This document shows positions 38,200 through 47,656 of a stretch of DNA of 64,000 nt, in pieces. Made by a program: the position numbers and the translations under genes. The notes below the pieces were generated by a model, which was not told the origin of the DNA, did no database searches, and saw nothing but the letters and a program-made list of their open reading frames with translations. The stretch comes from Polyangiales bacterium (GTDB lineage: Bacteria > Myxococcota_A > Polyangia > Polyangiales > Ga0077539), in assembly GCA_044229975.1 (NCBI GenBank), contig JBGARZ010000014.1, forward strand, positions 96,001 to 160,000, in the 5' to 3' direction. The first letter of the stretch is position 1, and each line of letters starts with the position of its first letter.

Positions 38200-38817
38200 T
38201 CACGTCCCAGTGCGCGCCCGCCAGTCGATGAAGATGCGATCGGGCCGCGCGCGGTCGATGTAGCCCACCAGCTTCGCGCCCGGCGCCAGCTTCACGTACG
38301 CCCGACCCGCGAGGTATTCGCGCACGGTCACGGTGTACGGGGCGCCCTCCGCCGGGGCGACGTCGAGGTCGATCGCCACCCGCTGGAAGTTCACGCTCGA
38401 CCCGTTGGATTGCAGCCGAAACCCGCCCGGCGCCTGGCGGTAGTCGCGGATCGTCAGCCGCGCCGCGATGCCCGTCTTCGCCAGCTCTCTTGGGGGCAGC
38501 CTCAGCGCGAGGGCGTTGCGGGTGAGCAGGGCGCCGAAGAGGCCCATGACCAGCGCCATGACCCCGAAGCCCGCCGCCGTGCCCAGGGCATCCGACGACC
38601 CCGAGCGGCTCAGCAGGGTGCTGATCGCTCCCACGAGCGCTGCCAGCGAGACGACGCTGAGCACCACCGCCCCGACGGCGGCCATCACCAGGGCGGTGCG
38701 CTGGCTGTCGTCGTGCGCCCGCTCGGCGATGTCCTCAGCGAAGTCCGCCAGCTCCTGACCGCTCGCGCCGCGGGCGATCAGCTGTTGCATCTTCTTCTGC
38801 ATCTCGATGGCATCCAT
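38200..38817 (-). CDS. Hypothetical two-TM protein with C-terminal beta domain
   Basis: Two TM helices followed by a beta-rich domain; GC3-rich codon usage. Confidence 0.65.
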   Translation of the reverse strand: MDAIEMQKKMQQLIARGASGQELADFAEDIAERAHDDSQRTALVMAAVGAVVLSVVSLAALVGAISTLLSRSGSSDALGTAAGFGVMALVMGLFGALLTRNALALRLPPRELAKTGIAARLTIRDYRQAPGGFRLQSNGSSVNFQRVAIDLDVAPAEGAPYTVTVREYLAGRAYVKLAPGAKLVGYIDRARPDRIFIDWRARTGT

Positions 38818-38854
38818 AGGTGGGCCGACGATAACGGCCCCTGCCATCGTTCGA

Positions 38855-40291
38855 CTACCTCGGATAGACGAAGGTGCAGCGGGTGAGGGGGATGCCCACG
38901 TCCATCAGCACATAGAGATAGTACGTCGACCCAACCATCAGCGGCTGCGGCGCGCCCTCCGCCGGGAAACGCTGCGTCGCGCCCGTCGGCGTTCGGCCGT
39001 AGGTCACGCCGCTCGCCACCGGGGTGCCCGTCGGCGCGACGTCCAAACGCCAGCGCGTGCCGGTGGGCAGGTCGAGGTTGGGCGGAACACCGGGGTTGGC
39101 CGACCCCGCGTCGAGCACATAGACGTAGCGGGCGGCGGGGCCTGTCCAGCGGATGGTTCCGTCGGCGGCGATGCCGTCGGTGCCGGTGCAGGCCGTGGGG
39201 CGGTAGACGAGCTGATCGTGGATGGGACCGCCGAAGGGCGGGGTCGTCGCGAAGGACTCGCGGGTGCGTCCGCGGTGGGCGAGCTCCTGCTGGAAGAACC
39301 TCGCCATGCGCGCCCCATCGGTGCTCGGGACGCCCGACGTGCTGCGCTCGAAGCCGTTGTTCTGCGCGGGCGGATAGGCGCCGAACACCGTCGAGTCGAC
39401 CCAGCCCGCCCCAAGCGCGAGGCCGTTGTCACCGAAGGAGTCCATCCAGTTGCCCGGCGCCTCGATGAACCAGTTGGCCGGCCCATCGGGCGCGAGCTCG
39501 CGGGAGTGGCAGCACACGCACGCGCTGGACTGCACCTGGCTCCGCACCCACGCGAGCTCGGCGACGTACGTGGGGTCGCTCAGCCGCGTGTCGGGCGTCG
39601 TGCGCGCGGGCGCCGGGTCGACCGGGTAGTAGGGACGCTGCGTTCGCACCCGGTCGCACGAGCCGTAGTCCTGAAAGCGTCGACCCTCCTCGGTCGCGCC
39701 TGAAATCGCCGACCACGTGCACACCTCACCGCCCGCCGATGTGCCCGGTCGCTCGCCCGCCAACGGCGCGCGGCACTCCCGCACCGGCTGCAAGAACACC
39801 CTCTCGTCGCTGGTGGTGCTCCCATCCGCGGGAGCTCCCGCGTCGGTGACGCCACCATCTCCGAGCGCGCCGACGCAGACGCCCGCTGGCGTAAACGCCC
39901 CGCGCGCAAACACGGTGCAGCCCGCGCGGGTGGCCGAGCAGGCGCTGGCGTTGGTGCCCGGAAACACGAGCCGCGTGGTGTTGGCCGCGCTGCCGTTGAC
40001 GACGCAGCTCCCGAGCGTGTCGGGGTAGGCGCACGCGACGCCCGGGCGGAAGGTTCCGCGGGCGGCCGTGCAGTCGTCGGAGCGTTGGGTCATCGAGCGC
40101 GACGGGTCGAGGTACTCGCGGCACTCCTCGGTGCGCGAAAACTGGTTGGTGTAGACGCAGCTCGCCGCGACCACGACGGGCGCGTCGGTCGCCGCGTCCA
40201 TGGGGGCAACGGGCGCGGGGGTGGACCCACAACCAGCGGCTGTGAGCGCGAGGACGGAGAAGAGTCGGGACCGTGAATGGGCAGGGGCCAT
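38855..40291 (-). CDS. Cys-rich lipoprotein with CxxCH motif
   Basis: AAGC lipobox, Cys-rich N-terminal domain, SACVCCHS. Confidence 0.75.
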   Translation of the reverse strand: MAPAHSRSRLFSVLALTAAGCGSTPAPVAPMDAATDAPVVVAASCVYTNQFSRTEECREYLDPSRSMTQRSDDCTAARGTFRPGVACAYPDTLGSCVVNGSAANTTRLVFPGTNASACSATRAGCTVFARGAFTPAGVCVGALGDGGVTDAGAPADGSTTSDERVFLQPVRECRAPLAGERPGTSAGGEVCTWSAISGATEEGRRFQDYGSCDRVRTQRPYYPVDPAPARTTPDTRLSDPTYVAELAWVRSQVQSSACVCCHSRELAPDGPANWFIEAPGNWMDSFGDNGLALGAGWVDSTVFGAYPPAQNNGFERSTSGVPSTDGARMARFFQQELAHRGRTRESFATTPPFGGPIHDQLVYRPTACTGTDGIAADGTIRWTGPAARYVYVLDAGSANPGVPPNLDLPTGTRWRLDVAPTGTPVASGVTYGRTPTGATQRFPAEGAPQPLMVGSTYYLYVLMDVGIPLTRCTFVYPR

Positions 40292-40433
40292 GACCCTGAG
40301 ATGACCGCACGGGCGCAACGGTCTCGACCCATGGTCGAGGCGCTGCCGTTCTCGGGTACCTGCGGCGATGTCTCCGCGTCGGGTGACTCGACGCGGGCCC
40401 CGGCGCCGCCGGAGCATCGTAGAGTCGCGACCC

Positions 40434-41681
40434 ATGGCACAGGTGCGTGAGTTCGCCGATCAGCTCTGGCGCGGGGATGCTTCCACCGCAGACACCAACC
40501 CCGTCACGGCGCTGCTCGGCATGGAGGAGTACCGACCGGGCCTCGCCTTCGTCTCCAGCTTCGCCAACGTGACCGCTGTCCGGACAGGCGCCGGACTCGT
40601 GCTCATCGACACGGGCAGCTTCCTCACGGGGCCGGGTATCCGCGATCAGCTCCGCGAGTGGAGCGGCGAACCCGTCCACACCGCGATCTACACCCACGGT
40701 CACATCGACCACGCGACGGGCATCGGCGCCTTCGAGTCCGAAGAGCGCCCCGCCGGAACACCCGCTCTCCGCGTCGTCGGTCACCGCGCCGTGCTCGCGC
40801 GCTTCGAGCGCTACCGCCTGACCGCTGGCTACAACGCCGGCATCAACGCGCGGCAGTTTCGCATCCCGGGCATCCAGTGGCCCACCGAGTACCGCGCGCC
40901 CGATGAGCTCTACGACGACCGGCTCTCGCTCGACGTGGGCGGCGTCGCCTTTGAGCTGCACCACGCCCGCGGCGAGACCGACGACCACACCTGGCTCCAC
41001 ATCCCCGAGCACCGCGCCGTGTGCACCGGCGATCTCTTCATCTGGGCGTCGCCCAACTGCGGCAATCCCCAGAAGGTGCAGCGCTATCCGCGGGAGTGGT
41101 TCGTCGCGCTCGGACGCATGGCCGCGCTCGACGCCGAGCTGCTGCTCCCCGGCCACGGCCCGCCCATCGAGGGCGCCGATCGCGTGCGCGAGGCGCTCAC
41201 CGAGACCGCCGAGCTACTGCGCTACCTGCACGACGAGACCGTTCGCCTCATGAACGATGGCGCCTCGCTCGACGCCATCCTCGCGGCGGTGCGCGCGCCC
41301 GAGCGGCTCCTCCAGCGACCGTGGTTGCGGCCGGTGTACGACGAGCCGGAGTTCATCGTTCGCAACCTTTGGCGGCTGTACGGCGGCTGGTGGGACGGCG
41401 ACGCCTCGCGGCTCAAGCCCGCTCGCGACGCGGCTCTGGCCGCTGAAGTGAGCGCCCTCGCGGGTGGCACCGCGCGGCTCATCGAGCGGGCGCAGGCGCT
41501 GTCGACGGAGGGCGAGCACGCGTTGGCGTGTCACCTCGCGGAGTGGGCGATGCGGGCGGCGCCCGACGACGAGGGCGTGCGCGACGCGCGGCGGGACATC
41601 TACCTGAAGCGAGCGGCCCAGGAGACGAGCCTCATGGCGAAGGGAGTGTTCTTCGACGCGTCGCAGTCAGGGCCGCGGTGA
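40434..41681 (+). CDS. Alkyl sulfatase-like MBL hydrolase with dimerisation domain
   Basis: THGHIDH, GETDDH, GDLFIW..PN.GNP, LLPGHG, LYGGWWDG. Confidence 0.9.
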   Translation: MAQVREFADQLWRGDASTADTNPVTALLGMEEYRPGLAFVSSFANVTAVRTGAGLVLIDTGSFLTGPGIRDQLREWSGEPVHTAIYTHGHIDHATGIGAFESEERPAGTPALRVVGHRAVLARFERYRLTAGYNAGINARQFRIPGIQWPTEYRAPDELYDDRLSLDVGGVAFELHHARGETDDHTWLHIPEHRAVCTGDLFIWASPNCGNPQKVQRYPREWFVALGRMAALDAELLLPGHGPPIEGADRVREALTETAELLRYLHDETVRLMNDGASLDAILAAVRAPERLLQRPWLRPVYDEPEFIVRNLWRLYGGWWDGDASRLKPARDAALAAEVSALAGGTARLIERAQALSTEGEHALACHLAEWAMRAAPDDEGVRDARRDIYLKRAAQETSLMAKGVFFDASQSGPR

Positions 41682-41712
41682 TGGCGCGCGGTCGTCGATG
41701 CGCGGAGGCGCC

Positions 41713-42513
41713 ATGACCACTGTTGACGAGCCCGCTCCTCGCGATCCACAGCCGACGGCGTTCTTCTTCGTCGCGGCGTTTGCGCTCACGTGGCTGCCGC
41801 AGCTCCCCGCGCTGCTCGCGCTGTGGGGCGTACTGCCGGGGCCCTTCGAGCGCTACATGCCGCTCGGGGGTCTGGGGGCGTTCGGGCCGATGGTCGCGGC
41901 CATCCTCGCCGCCCGTCGGGAGTCCGGTCGCGATGGGGTGCGGGCGCTCTTCCGGCCGCTGAAGACGTGGCGCGTGGGCGCGCTCTGGTACCCGACGGCG
42001 CTGCTGTTGTCGGGGGCGATTCTCGTCGCCGCGTTGGCCGTCTACCGCGCGCTGGGCGGGCACTACACGGGCCCGTGGGTCTACCCACCGAGCGATGCGC
42101 AGCGGCTCGTCGCGATGGTGGTGTTTCCCATCGGCGAGGAGATCGGCTGGCGCGGCTTCGCGCTCCCGCGGTTGCAGCGTCGGTACGGGCCGCTGCTTGC
42201 GAGCGTCGTCGTGGGTCTTGCGTGGGGCCTCTGGCACGGGCCGATGCTCGCGCTGGCGGGCATCACCGACCCGCTGACGCTGGTGACGATGGTGCCCTTC
42301 TTCCTCGCGGGAAGCGTGGTGTTCACCTGGGTCTACAACCGCACGCGCGGGAGCCTGCTGATCGCGGTGCTGCTGCACATGGGAACGCACCTCAGCAACT
42401 CGCACCGCTCGCTGCCGGGTGACGCGACGCCGGCCCTGCTCCACACGGTGGGGTTCTGCGTGGTGGCACTGGTGTTGGTGCTCGCCGACCGACGGGCGTG
42501 GCGTAGGTCGTAG
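41713..42513 (+). CDS. CPBP (CAAX/Abi) intramembrane metalloprotease
   Basis: EEIGWRGF, WGLWH, AVLLH...N. Confidence 0.92.
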   Translation: MTTVDEPAPRDPQPTAFFFVAAFALTWLPQLPALLALWGVLPGPFERYMPLGGLGAFGPMVAAILAARRESGRDGVRALFRPLKTWRVGALWYPTALLLSGAILVAALAVYRALGGHYTGPWVYPPSDAQRLVAMVVFPIGEEIGWRGFALPRLQRRYGPLLASVVVGLAWGLWHGPMLALAGITDPLTLVTMVPFFLAGSVVFTWVYNRTRGSLLIAVLLHMGTHLSNSHRSLPGDATPALLHTVGFCVVALVLVLADRRAWRRS

Positions 42514-42519
42514 AGGATA

Positions 42520-42790
42520 GGACGACCGATTCTGCGCGGCGCGCGGTTCGACGGAAACGCCGCCGGTACGCGGAGCCAGACCCCGAGCGTGAGCGAGGGG
42601 GAGCGCCGGTGACACCGCCAGTCGACCCTCTTCGATCGGAGTGGCGCCGTTCCTCGCGCGGCGGGGATCGAGTGATCGGAACGGAGACTGGCAGCGTCAC
42701 CGGCGCTCCCCCTCGCCCACGCTCGGGGTCTGGCTCCGCGTACCGGCGGCGTTTCCGTCGAACCGCGTGCCGCGCAGAGCCAATCGTCCC
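42520..42790. repeat. Long fold-back inverted repeat (REPIN/MITE-like)
   Basis: ~104-bp arms at 42520-42623 and 42686-42790 are near-perfect reverse complements. Confidence 0.9.
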
Positions 42791-43729
42791 TCACCCGGCT
42801 CGTCGTCGACGCGCGGGCAGCGTTGCGATGCGCGTCAGCGTCTCCCGCAGCGTCGGGACGAGCACGTCCATGAACGCTCGCACCCGCGCTGGAACGAACG
42901 TCGCCGACCCATGCACCACATGCACCGGCAGCGCTGTCGGCTCATACGGAGCCAGCAGCCGCACCAGCGTCCCTTCGCGCAGCTCGCGCTCGACCTGATA
43001 CGAGAGCACGCAGGTGACGCCGTGGCCCTCGACCGCCGACGCGACGGCTGCCTCTGCCGTGTTGACGCTCAGTCGCGGCCGAATCCTGACCTGCTTCGCG
43101 CGCCCACCATCGCGTGCGCCGAAGGTCCACGCCTCGCCCGGTGTCGTCTGCGAGAAGGACACGCAGTCGTGCGTCGCGAGGTCGGCCGGCTCGGTCGGCG
43201 CCCGGTGCCGCGCGAGGTATGACGGGCTCGCGCAGGTGACCCGCCGGACGTCCCCCACCCGCGTCGCGACCAGCGACGAGTCGGGCAGCGCGCCGATGCG
43301 CACCGCGACGTCGACGCCCTCGTCGACGAGGTGCACCACCCGGTCGAGCAGAACCAACCGCGCCTGCACCTCGCGATGGGTCGCGAGAAAGGCATCGACG
43401 ACGGGGCGCACATGGAGGCGACCGAAGCTCACCGGGGCGGTCACCGTGAGCAGGCCGCGCGGCGCGGTGTGTTCGCCCGACGCAGCGAGCTCGGCCTCCG
43501 CGAGATCAGCGAGAACCCGACGGCAGACGGACAGGTAGCGCTCCCCGGCCTCGGTGGGCTTCACCGTGCGCGTGGTGCGATGGAGGAGCCGCGCGCCGGT
43601 GCGTTGCTCCAGCAGGGCGACGGCGCGGGTGACGGCGGCGGGTGAGCGACCGAGTCGACGGGCAGCCGCCGCGAGGCTGCCAGCATCGACGGTGGTGACG
43701 AGGGCGAGCATGGCGTCGAGGCGGTCCAT
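42791..43729 (-). CDS. LysR family transcriptional regulator (CrgA-like)
   Basis: MDRLDAM...GSLAAAARRLG.S..AVTR...LL.RTTR, EGVDVAVRIG.LPDSSL. Confidence 0.95.
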   Translation of the reverse strand: MDRLDAMLALVTTVDAGSLAAAARRLGRSPAAVTRAVALLEQRTGARLLHRTTRTVKPTEAGERYLSVCRRVLADLAEAELAASGEHTAPRGLLTVTAPVSFGRLHVRPVVDAFLATHREVQARLVLLDRVVHLVDEGVDVAVRIGALPDSSLVATRVGDVRRVTCASPSYLARHRAPTEPADLATHDCVSFSQTTPGEAWTFGARDGGRAKQVRIRPRLSVNTAEAAVASAVEGHGVTCVLSYQVERELREGTLVRLLAPYEPTALPVHVVHGSATFVPARVRAFMDVLVPTLRETLTRIATLPARRRRAG

Positions 43730-43734
43730 CGGCG

Positions 43735-43749
43735 TTGCGTATCACGCAA
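43735..43749. promoter_or_regulatory. LysR T-N11-A binding site
   Basis: TTGCGT-ATC-ACGCAA dyad in the 79-bp divergent intergenic region. Confidence 0.7.
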
Positions 43750-43808
43750 TGGTGACTTGCATCGCGCGCTGATTCCGTCGCCAGACGCAACGACTCACCA
43801 TCGGTCGC

Positions 43809-44447
43809 ATGAACACGCAGGACAACGTCGAGGGTCGGTCCGTGGTGCCGAGTGACGTGGCGTTTACCCCGTCGGTGAAGGCGGCGCAGGAGCTTCGCGG
43901 GTCGCGCTCCGCCTACCGCCGCATGGAGGAGGGCGATGGTTGGGAGACGACCATCACGCCAGAGCTGCGGGCCTTCCTGGCCGAGCGTGACAGCGCCTAC
44001 CTCGCGACGGCCTCGGCCTCGGGTCAGCCGTACATCCAGCACCGCGGCGGGCCCAAGGGCTTCCTCCGCGTGGTCGACGAGCGGACCATCGCCTTCGCTG
44101 ACTTCGTGGGCAACCGGCAGTACATCTCCGTCGGCAACCTCGCGGAGAACGATCGCGCCTTCCTCTTCCTCATGGACTACGCGAACCGTCGCCGCATCAA
44201 GATCTGGGGTCGTGCGCGCATCATCGAAGGTGACGCGGCCCGCCTCGCGGCGCTCATGCCTGCGGGCTATCGCGCGAAGGGCGAACGGGTGATCGAGTTC
44301 AGCGTCGAGGCGTGGGACGTCAACTGCCCGCAGCACATCCCGCGCAAGCTCGACGAGGCCGACGTGGTGGCCGGTGTCGAAGGGATGAAGCGCCGCATCG
44401 TCGAGCTCGAAGCCGAGGTCGCGCGGCTGCGTCGCGGCGCTCGCTGA
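43809..44447 (+). CDS. Pyridoxamine 5'-phosphate oxidase-like FMN-binding protein
   Basis: PYIQHRGGPKGFL, GNRQYISVGNL, WDVNCPQHIP. Confidence 0.92.
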   Translation: MNTQDNVEGRSVVPSDVAFTPSVKAAQELRGSRSAYRRMEEGDGWETTITPELRAFLAERDSAYLATASASGQPYIQHRGGPKGFLRVVDERTIAFADFVGNRQYISVGNLAENDRAFLFLMDYANRRRIKIWGRARIIEGDAARLAALMPAGYRAKGERVIEFSVEAWDVNCPQHIPRKLDEADVVAGVEGMKRRIVELEAEVARLRRGAR

Positions 44448-46085
44448 TCACTCCACCGTCACCTGGTAGTACCGCCCGATCTCCAGCCGACGCAGATCCA
44501 CCGCGTGCTCTCGTCCGCTCGCTCCGTCGCGCAACACGAGCCGCCCCGGCGTCGCATTCGGTCCGAGCCCGAGGGTGAGCAGGTTGCCCGGTTGCCCGCG
44601 CCCGTCCGAGGCCAACGCAAAGGCCCGCCGTCCGCCCGACTGCTCTTCGAGAACCCCGGTGGTCCCCGACAGCGATCGCCCCACGAAGACGAACCCGATC
44701 CAGCGACGCGTGGTCTCCGTTCGTTGCGCGAGCACGCGGCCGTCGCCGATGAGGTCGGGCGCGCCGTCGAGGTCGAGGTCGACGAGGGCGGGCGTCTCGC
44801 GGAGCTTCAGCCAGTCGGTCTCGTCTCGCCATACGACACGGCCGTTGCGGACGAGCAGCGCGTGACCTTCGTACGGAGGCCCACGATGGGCGGTCGCGAG
44901 CAGCACCTCGGGCAGGCCGTCGCCGTCGAGGTCGGCCACGGCGCCACCGAAGGGCGCCTCCAGGGGTTGTGGGAGATCGGTGCGGGAAGACTCGCCGTGT
45001 TCGTCGACGCGGAGGGCGTAGCTGCGGTCGGTGACGGTTCCGCGGTCGTCGCCGTGCCAGAGGTTGAACACCACGAGGTCGAGCCGTCCGCGCGCCGCGA
45101 GGTCGGCGGGGAAGAGCCCCAGCGCGTGGCCGAAGAACTGTCGCCGCGGGTCGCGGTCGGGATCACCCGCCCAATGGACGAAGTGCCCCGGTCGGTCGGA
45201 GCGCAGGAAGCTGTCGGGCTGCGCGCGGTAGTTGCCGACGACGAGGTCGCTGCGCCCGTCGTCGTCGAAGTCCGTGACGGTGGCGGTGCGACCGAGCCGC
45301 GCGGGCGCGGGGTTGCCCGTGAAGTCGGGGAGCCGGTCGAGCCCGAGCTCGCGGTTGGCGAGACGGAAGCCGCCGCGGCAATCGCCGCGATGGAGCTCGT
45401 CGGGGAAGTACTGCGTCGGGCGGTCGGTCTGGAACTCCCATCCCGTACCGAGAACAAGAACGTCCTCGCAGCCGTCACCATCCGCATCGAGCACGGCGCC
45501 GCCCAGCACCGGGTGGTCGACGGTGATGGGTCGGGTCTCGCGGAAGACCCATGGGTCCGAGGTCGCGAGGTAGAGGACGGCGCGGGCGTCGGCATCGTCG
45601 AGCTCATCGGAGAAGCCCCAGAAGTCGGGCGCTCCATCGCGGTTGAAGTCACCCCACAGGAAGGAGCCGTGGAAGTGCGGCGCCACGATGCGCTCATCGA
45701 GGGCGAAGGTCGCCGGGTCGACGCGAACGAGTCGCACGCCCTTGCGGCGCCAGTCGGGTGAGCGGAGGTCGGTGACGCAGGCGAGTCCGCGTCGCGTGGG
45801 TTCGAACTGGCACGCGACGCGGCCGCGCTCGTGGTCGGCGAAGCGGTGCACGGTGTCGAGGTGAAGACCCGGCGCGACGATGGACTGGTCGGCGACGAGC
45901 GATGGACGTGGCGTGCGCGTGGGCCAGGGGAGCGGGCAGGCGACCCACGGGGTGCAGGCGCCAACGGGGAGCACAGGCGGCGGATGGGCGGCGCGAGTCG
46001 GACGCGACGAACGGCAGGCTAGCGGAAGCAGGCTCAGCGCGAGGCAGCAGGGGAGCGACCACCGGGGCCGAGCGGAGGGTGGCAT
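44448..46085 (-). CDS. FG-GAP/VCBS repeat lipoprotein (CRTAC1-like)
   Basis: PLAC lipobox; repeats DFNRDGAPD, DADGDGCED, DFDDDGRSD, DLDGDGLPE, DLDLDGAPD. Confidence 0.85.
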   Translation of the reverse strand: MPPSARPRWSLPCCLALSLLPLACRSSRPTRAAHPPPVLPVGACTPWVACPLPWPTRTPRPSLVADQSIVAPGLHLDTVHRFADHERGRVACQFEPTRRGLACVTDLRSPDWRRKGVRLVRVDPATFALDERIVAPHFHGSFLWGDFNRDGAPDFWGFSDELDDADARAVLYLATSDPWVFRETRPITVDHPVLGGAVLDADGDGCEDVLVLGTGWEFQTDRPTQYFPDELHRGDCRGGFRLANRELGLDRLPDFTGNPAPARLGRTATVTDFDDDGRSDLVVGNYRAQPDSFLRSDRPGHFVHWAGDPDRDPRRQFFGHALGLFPADLAARGRLDLVVFNLWHGDDRGTVTDRSYALRVDEHGESSRTDLPQPLEAPFGGAVADLDGDGLPEVLLATAHRGPPYEGHALLVRNGRVVWRDETDWLKLRETPALVDLDLDGAPDLIGDGRVLAQRTETTRRWIGFVFVGRSLSGTTGVLEEQSGGRRAFALASDGRGQPGNLLTLGLGPNATPGRLVLRDGASGREHAVDLRRLEIGRYYQVTVE

Positions 46086-46138
46086 CGGGCGCGATCATCG
46101 CGCGTTTCGACGGTCCGGTGTCCTGCCGGGCACCGCGC

Positions 46139-46590
46139 GTGGCGGTACCATCGCTGACCCTCCTGGCACCTCGTCGCCTCCTGGCGACCGTCGCGCTCTC
46201 GTTCGCGCTGCTGACCACTGGCGCCACCGCCCAGACGACTCCCCGGTACAGCCTCGACTGCGCGCGAGAGCTCGTCTCGTCCGTCGACCTCGCCCGCCGA
46301 CCTCGCCGCCAGTCGGCAGAACGAATGGGCGCGCGCCAATCAGGTGGTCGCGGCCGTCCTCTACGCGCGGGTGCTGTGGTTCGCCTCCCAGCGTGGCGCT
46401 CTCCCGTCGCACGCCTGGCACGCGCTCGATCGCCTCCAGGAGCTTTCCAACAACGCGATCCTGACGCCCCATGAAGAGCCGTCTCTCGATGCGATGAGCT
46501 CGCTACTGGCGATGCGCTCTCCGGGCGCCACATTGCTGGAGACGCAGCCGCTCGGTCCGATCGCACTCGCGCCGCAGCGCAGGAATGCAC
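46139..46590 (+). pseudogene. Possible degraded secreted-protein gene
   Basis: Signal-peptide-like RRLLATVALSFALLTTGATA-Q, then an apparent frame switch near a duplicated GACCTCGCC (~46285-46306); no clean end. Confidence 0.3.
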
Positions 46591-46614
46591 CCGCCTCTCG
46601 GAGGTTGCCACGCC

Positions 46615-47634
46615 ATGCAAGACGGCCATCCCACCGCCCCACTCGGACGCGCATCCATCGAGGCCGCCGACCTCGTCGCGAAGTACCCGCCGCGCCTGCC
46701 GCATCGCAACAAGCGCGCGATCTACGACAAGGCGTCTCCCCCCGGCGCCCTCCACCGCGGAACACTCACCGTTTCCCGCTGGGCGCAGGAGCTTCTCCCG
46801 CTCTCGATCCACTGGGCCGAGGCGCCCACCACCATCGAGCTCCGCGAAGGAACCTTCACCTACGACCCACCGCGCCCCTCGTCCCGCGCGACGATGGAGT
46901 GGCACCTCAACTTCGCACACACGATCCTGTTCGTGGCCTACGGCGGGCCGCTCTTCGCGCAGGACGAGATGCAGGTCGCCGAGCACCCGTCGCTCGCGTC
47001 GGTGCGCGAGTGGCTCACCGGCGAGGCGGTCGAGGGTCTGCGTCCGGTGACACGCGAGGACGGTCTCGCCACGCCGATGCTCCTCCGCGGCGTCGAGCGT
47101 CGCTGCGCCGTCGCGACCGACGAAGACCCCGACGCCGACCGTCCGCTCGGCCTCTACGGCAACGCCTTCGGTCGGGCGCGCGAGGAGGCCGTGCGCCGCG
47201 CGACGCGGGTGCTCGACCCGCCGACGATCACCAACGTGCTCGCGATGGAGGCGCCCGCGGGGGCGACGGGGCGCTACACCGCGGAGCAGATCCACGGCGT
47301 GATGGCGACGGCCTACACCGGGTTTCGCGCGGCACGATTGGAGTCGGCGCTGGCGCTCGGCGAGGGCGTCGAGGTGGTGCTGCACACGGGCCATTGGGGG
47401 ACTGGCGCCTACGGCGGCAACCGCGTGTTGATGGCGATGCTCCAGGTGCTCGCGGCGAAAGCAGCGGGCCTCCATCGGATGGTATTCCACACGTACGATC
47501 GGGCCGGGGCGACGCCGTGCCGGGAGGCGTTGGGGCGACTGGACGCGCTGGCGACGAGGGCTGTCACGCTGGGCGAGGCGCTCACCGCGATCGACGCCGC
47601 GGCCTTCGAGTGGGGCGTCTCGGACGGCAACTGA
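46615..47634 (+). CDS. Poly(ADP-ribose) glycohydrolase (PARG)-like macrodomain protein
   Basis: NFA...AYGG..FAQDE, VLAMEAP, TAYTGF, TGHWGTGAYGGN...LQVLAA parallel the canonical PARG catalytic motifs in order. Confidence 0.8.
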   Translation: MQDGHPTAPLGRASIEAADLVAKYPPRLPHRNKRAIYDKASPPGALHRGTLTVSRWAQELLPLSIHWAEAPTTIELREGTFTYDPPRPSSRATMEWHLNFAHTILFVAYGGPLFAQDEMQVAEHPSLASVREWLTGEAVEGLRPVTREDGLATPMLLRGVERRCAVATDEDPDADRPLGLYGNAFGRAREEAVRRATRVLDPPTITNVLAMEAPAGATGRYTAEQIHGVMATAYTGFRAARLESALALGEGVEVVLHTGHWGTGAYGGNRVLMAMLQVLAAKAAGLHRMVFHTYDRAGATPCREALGRLDALATRAVTLGEALTAIDAAAFEWGVSDGN

Positions 47635-47656
47635 CACTGGTCCAAGAGCTCGTTCG

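Noticed and set aside
41713..42513. Abortive-infection defence gene (Abi-named CPBP family)
   Set aside because: CPBP/CAAX proteases are widespread membrane enzymes, and there is no defence-island context here
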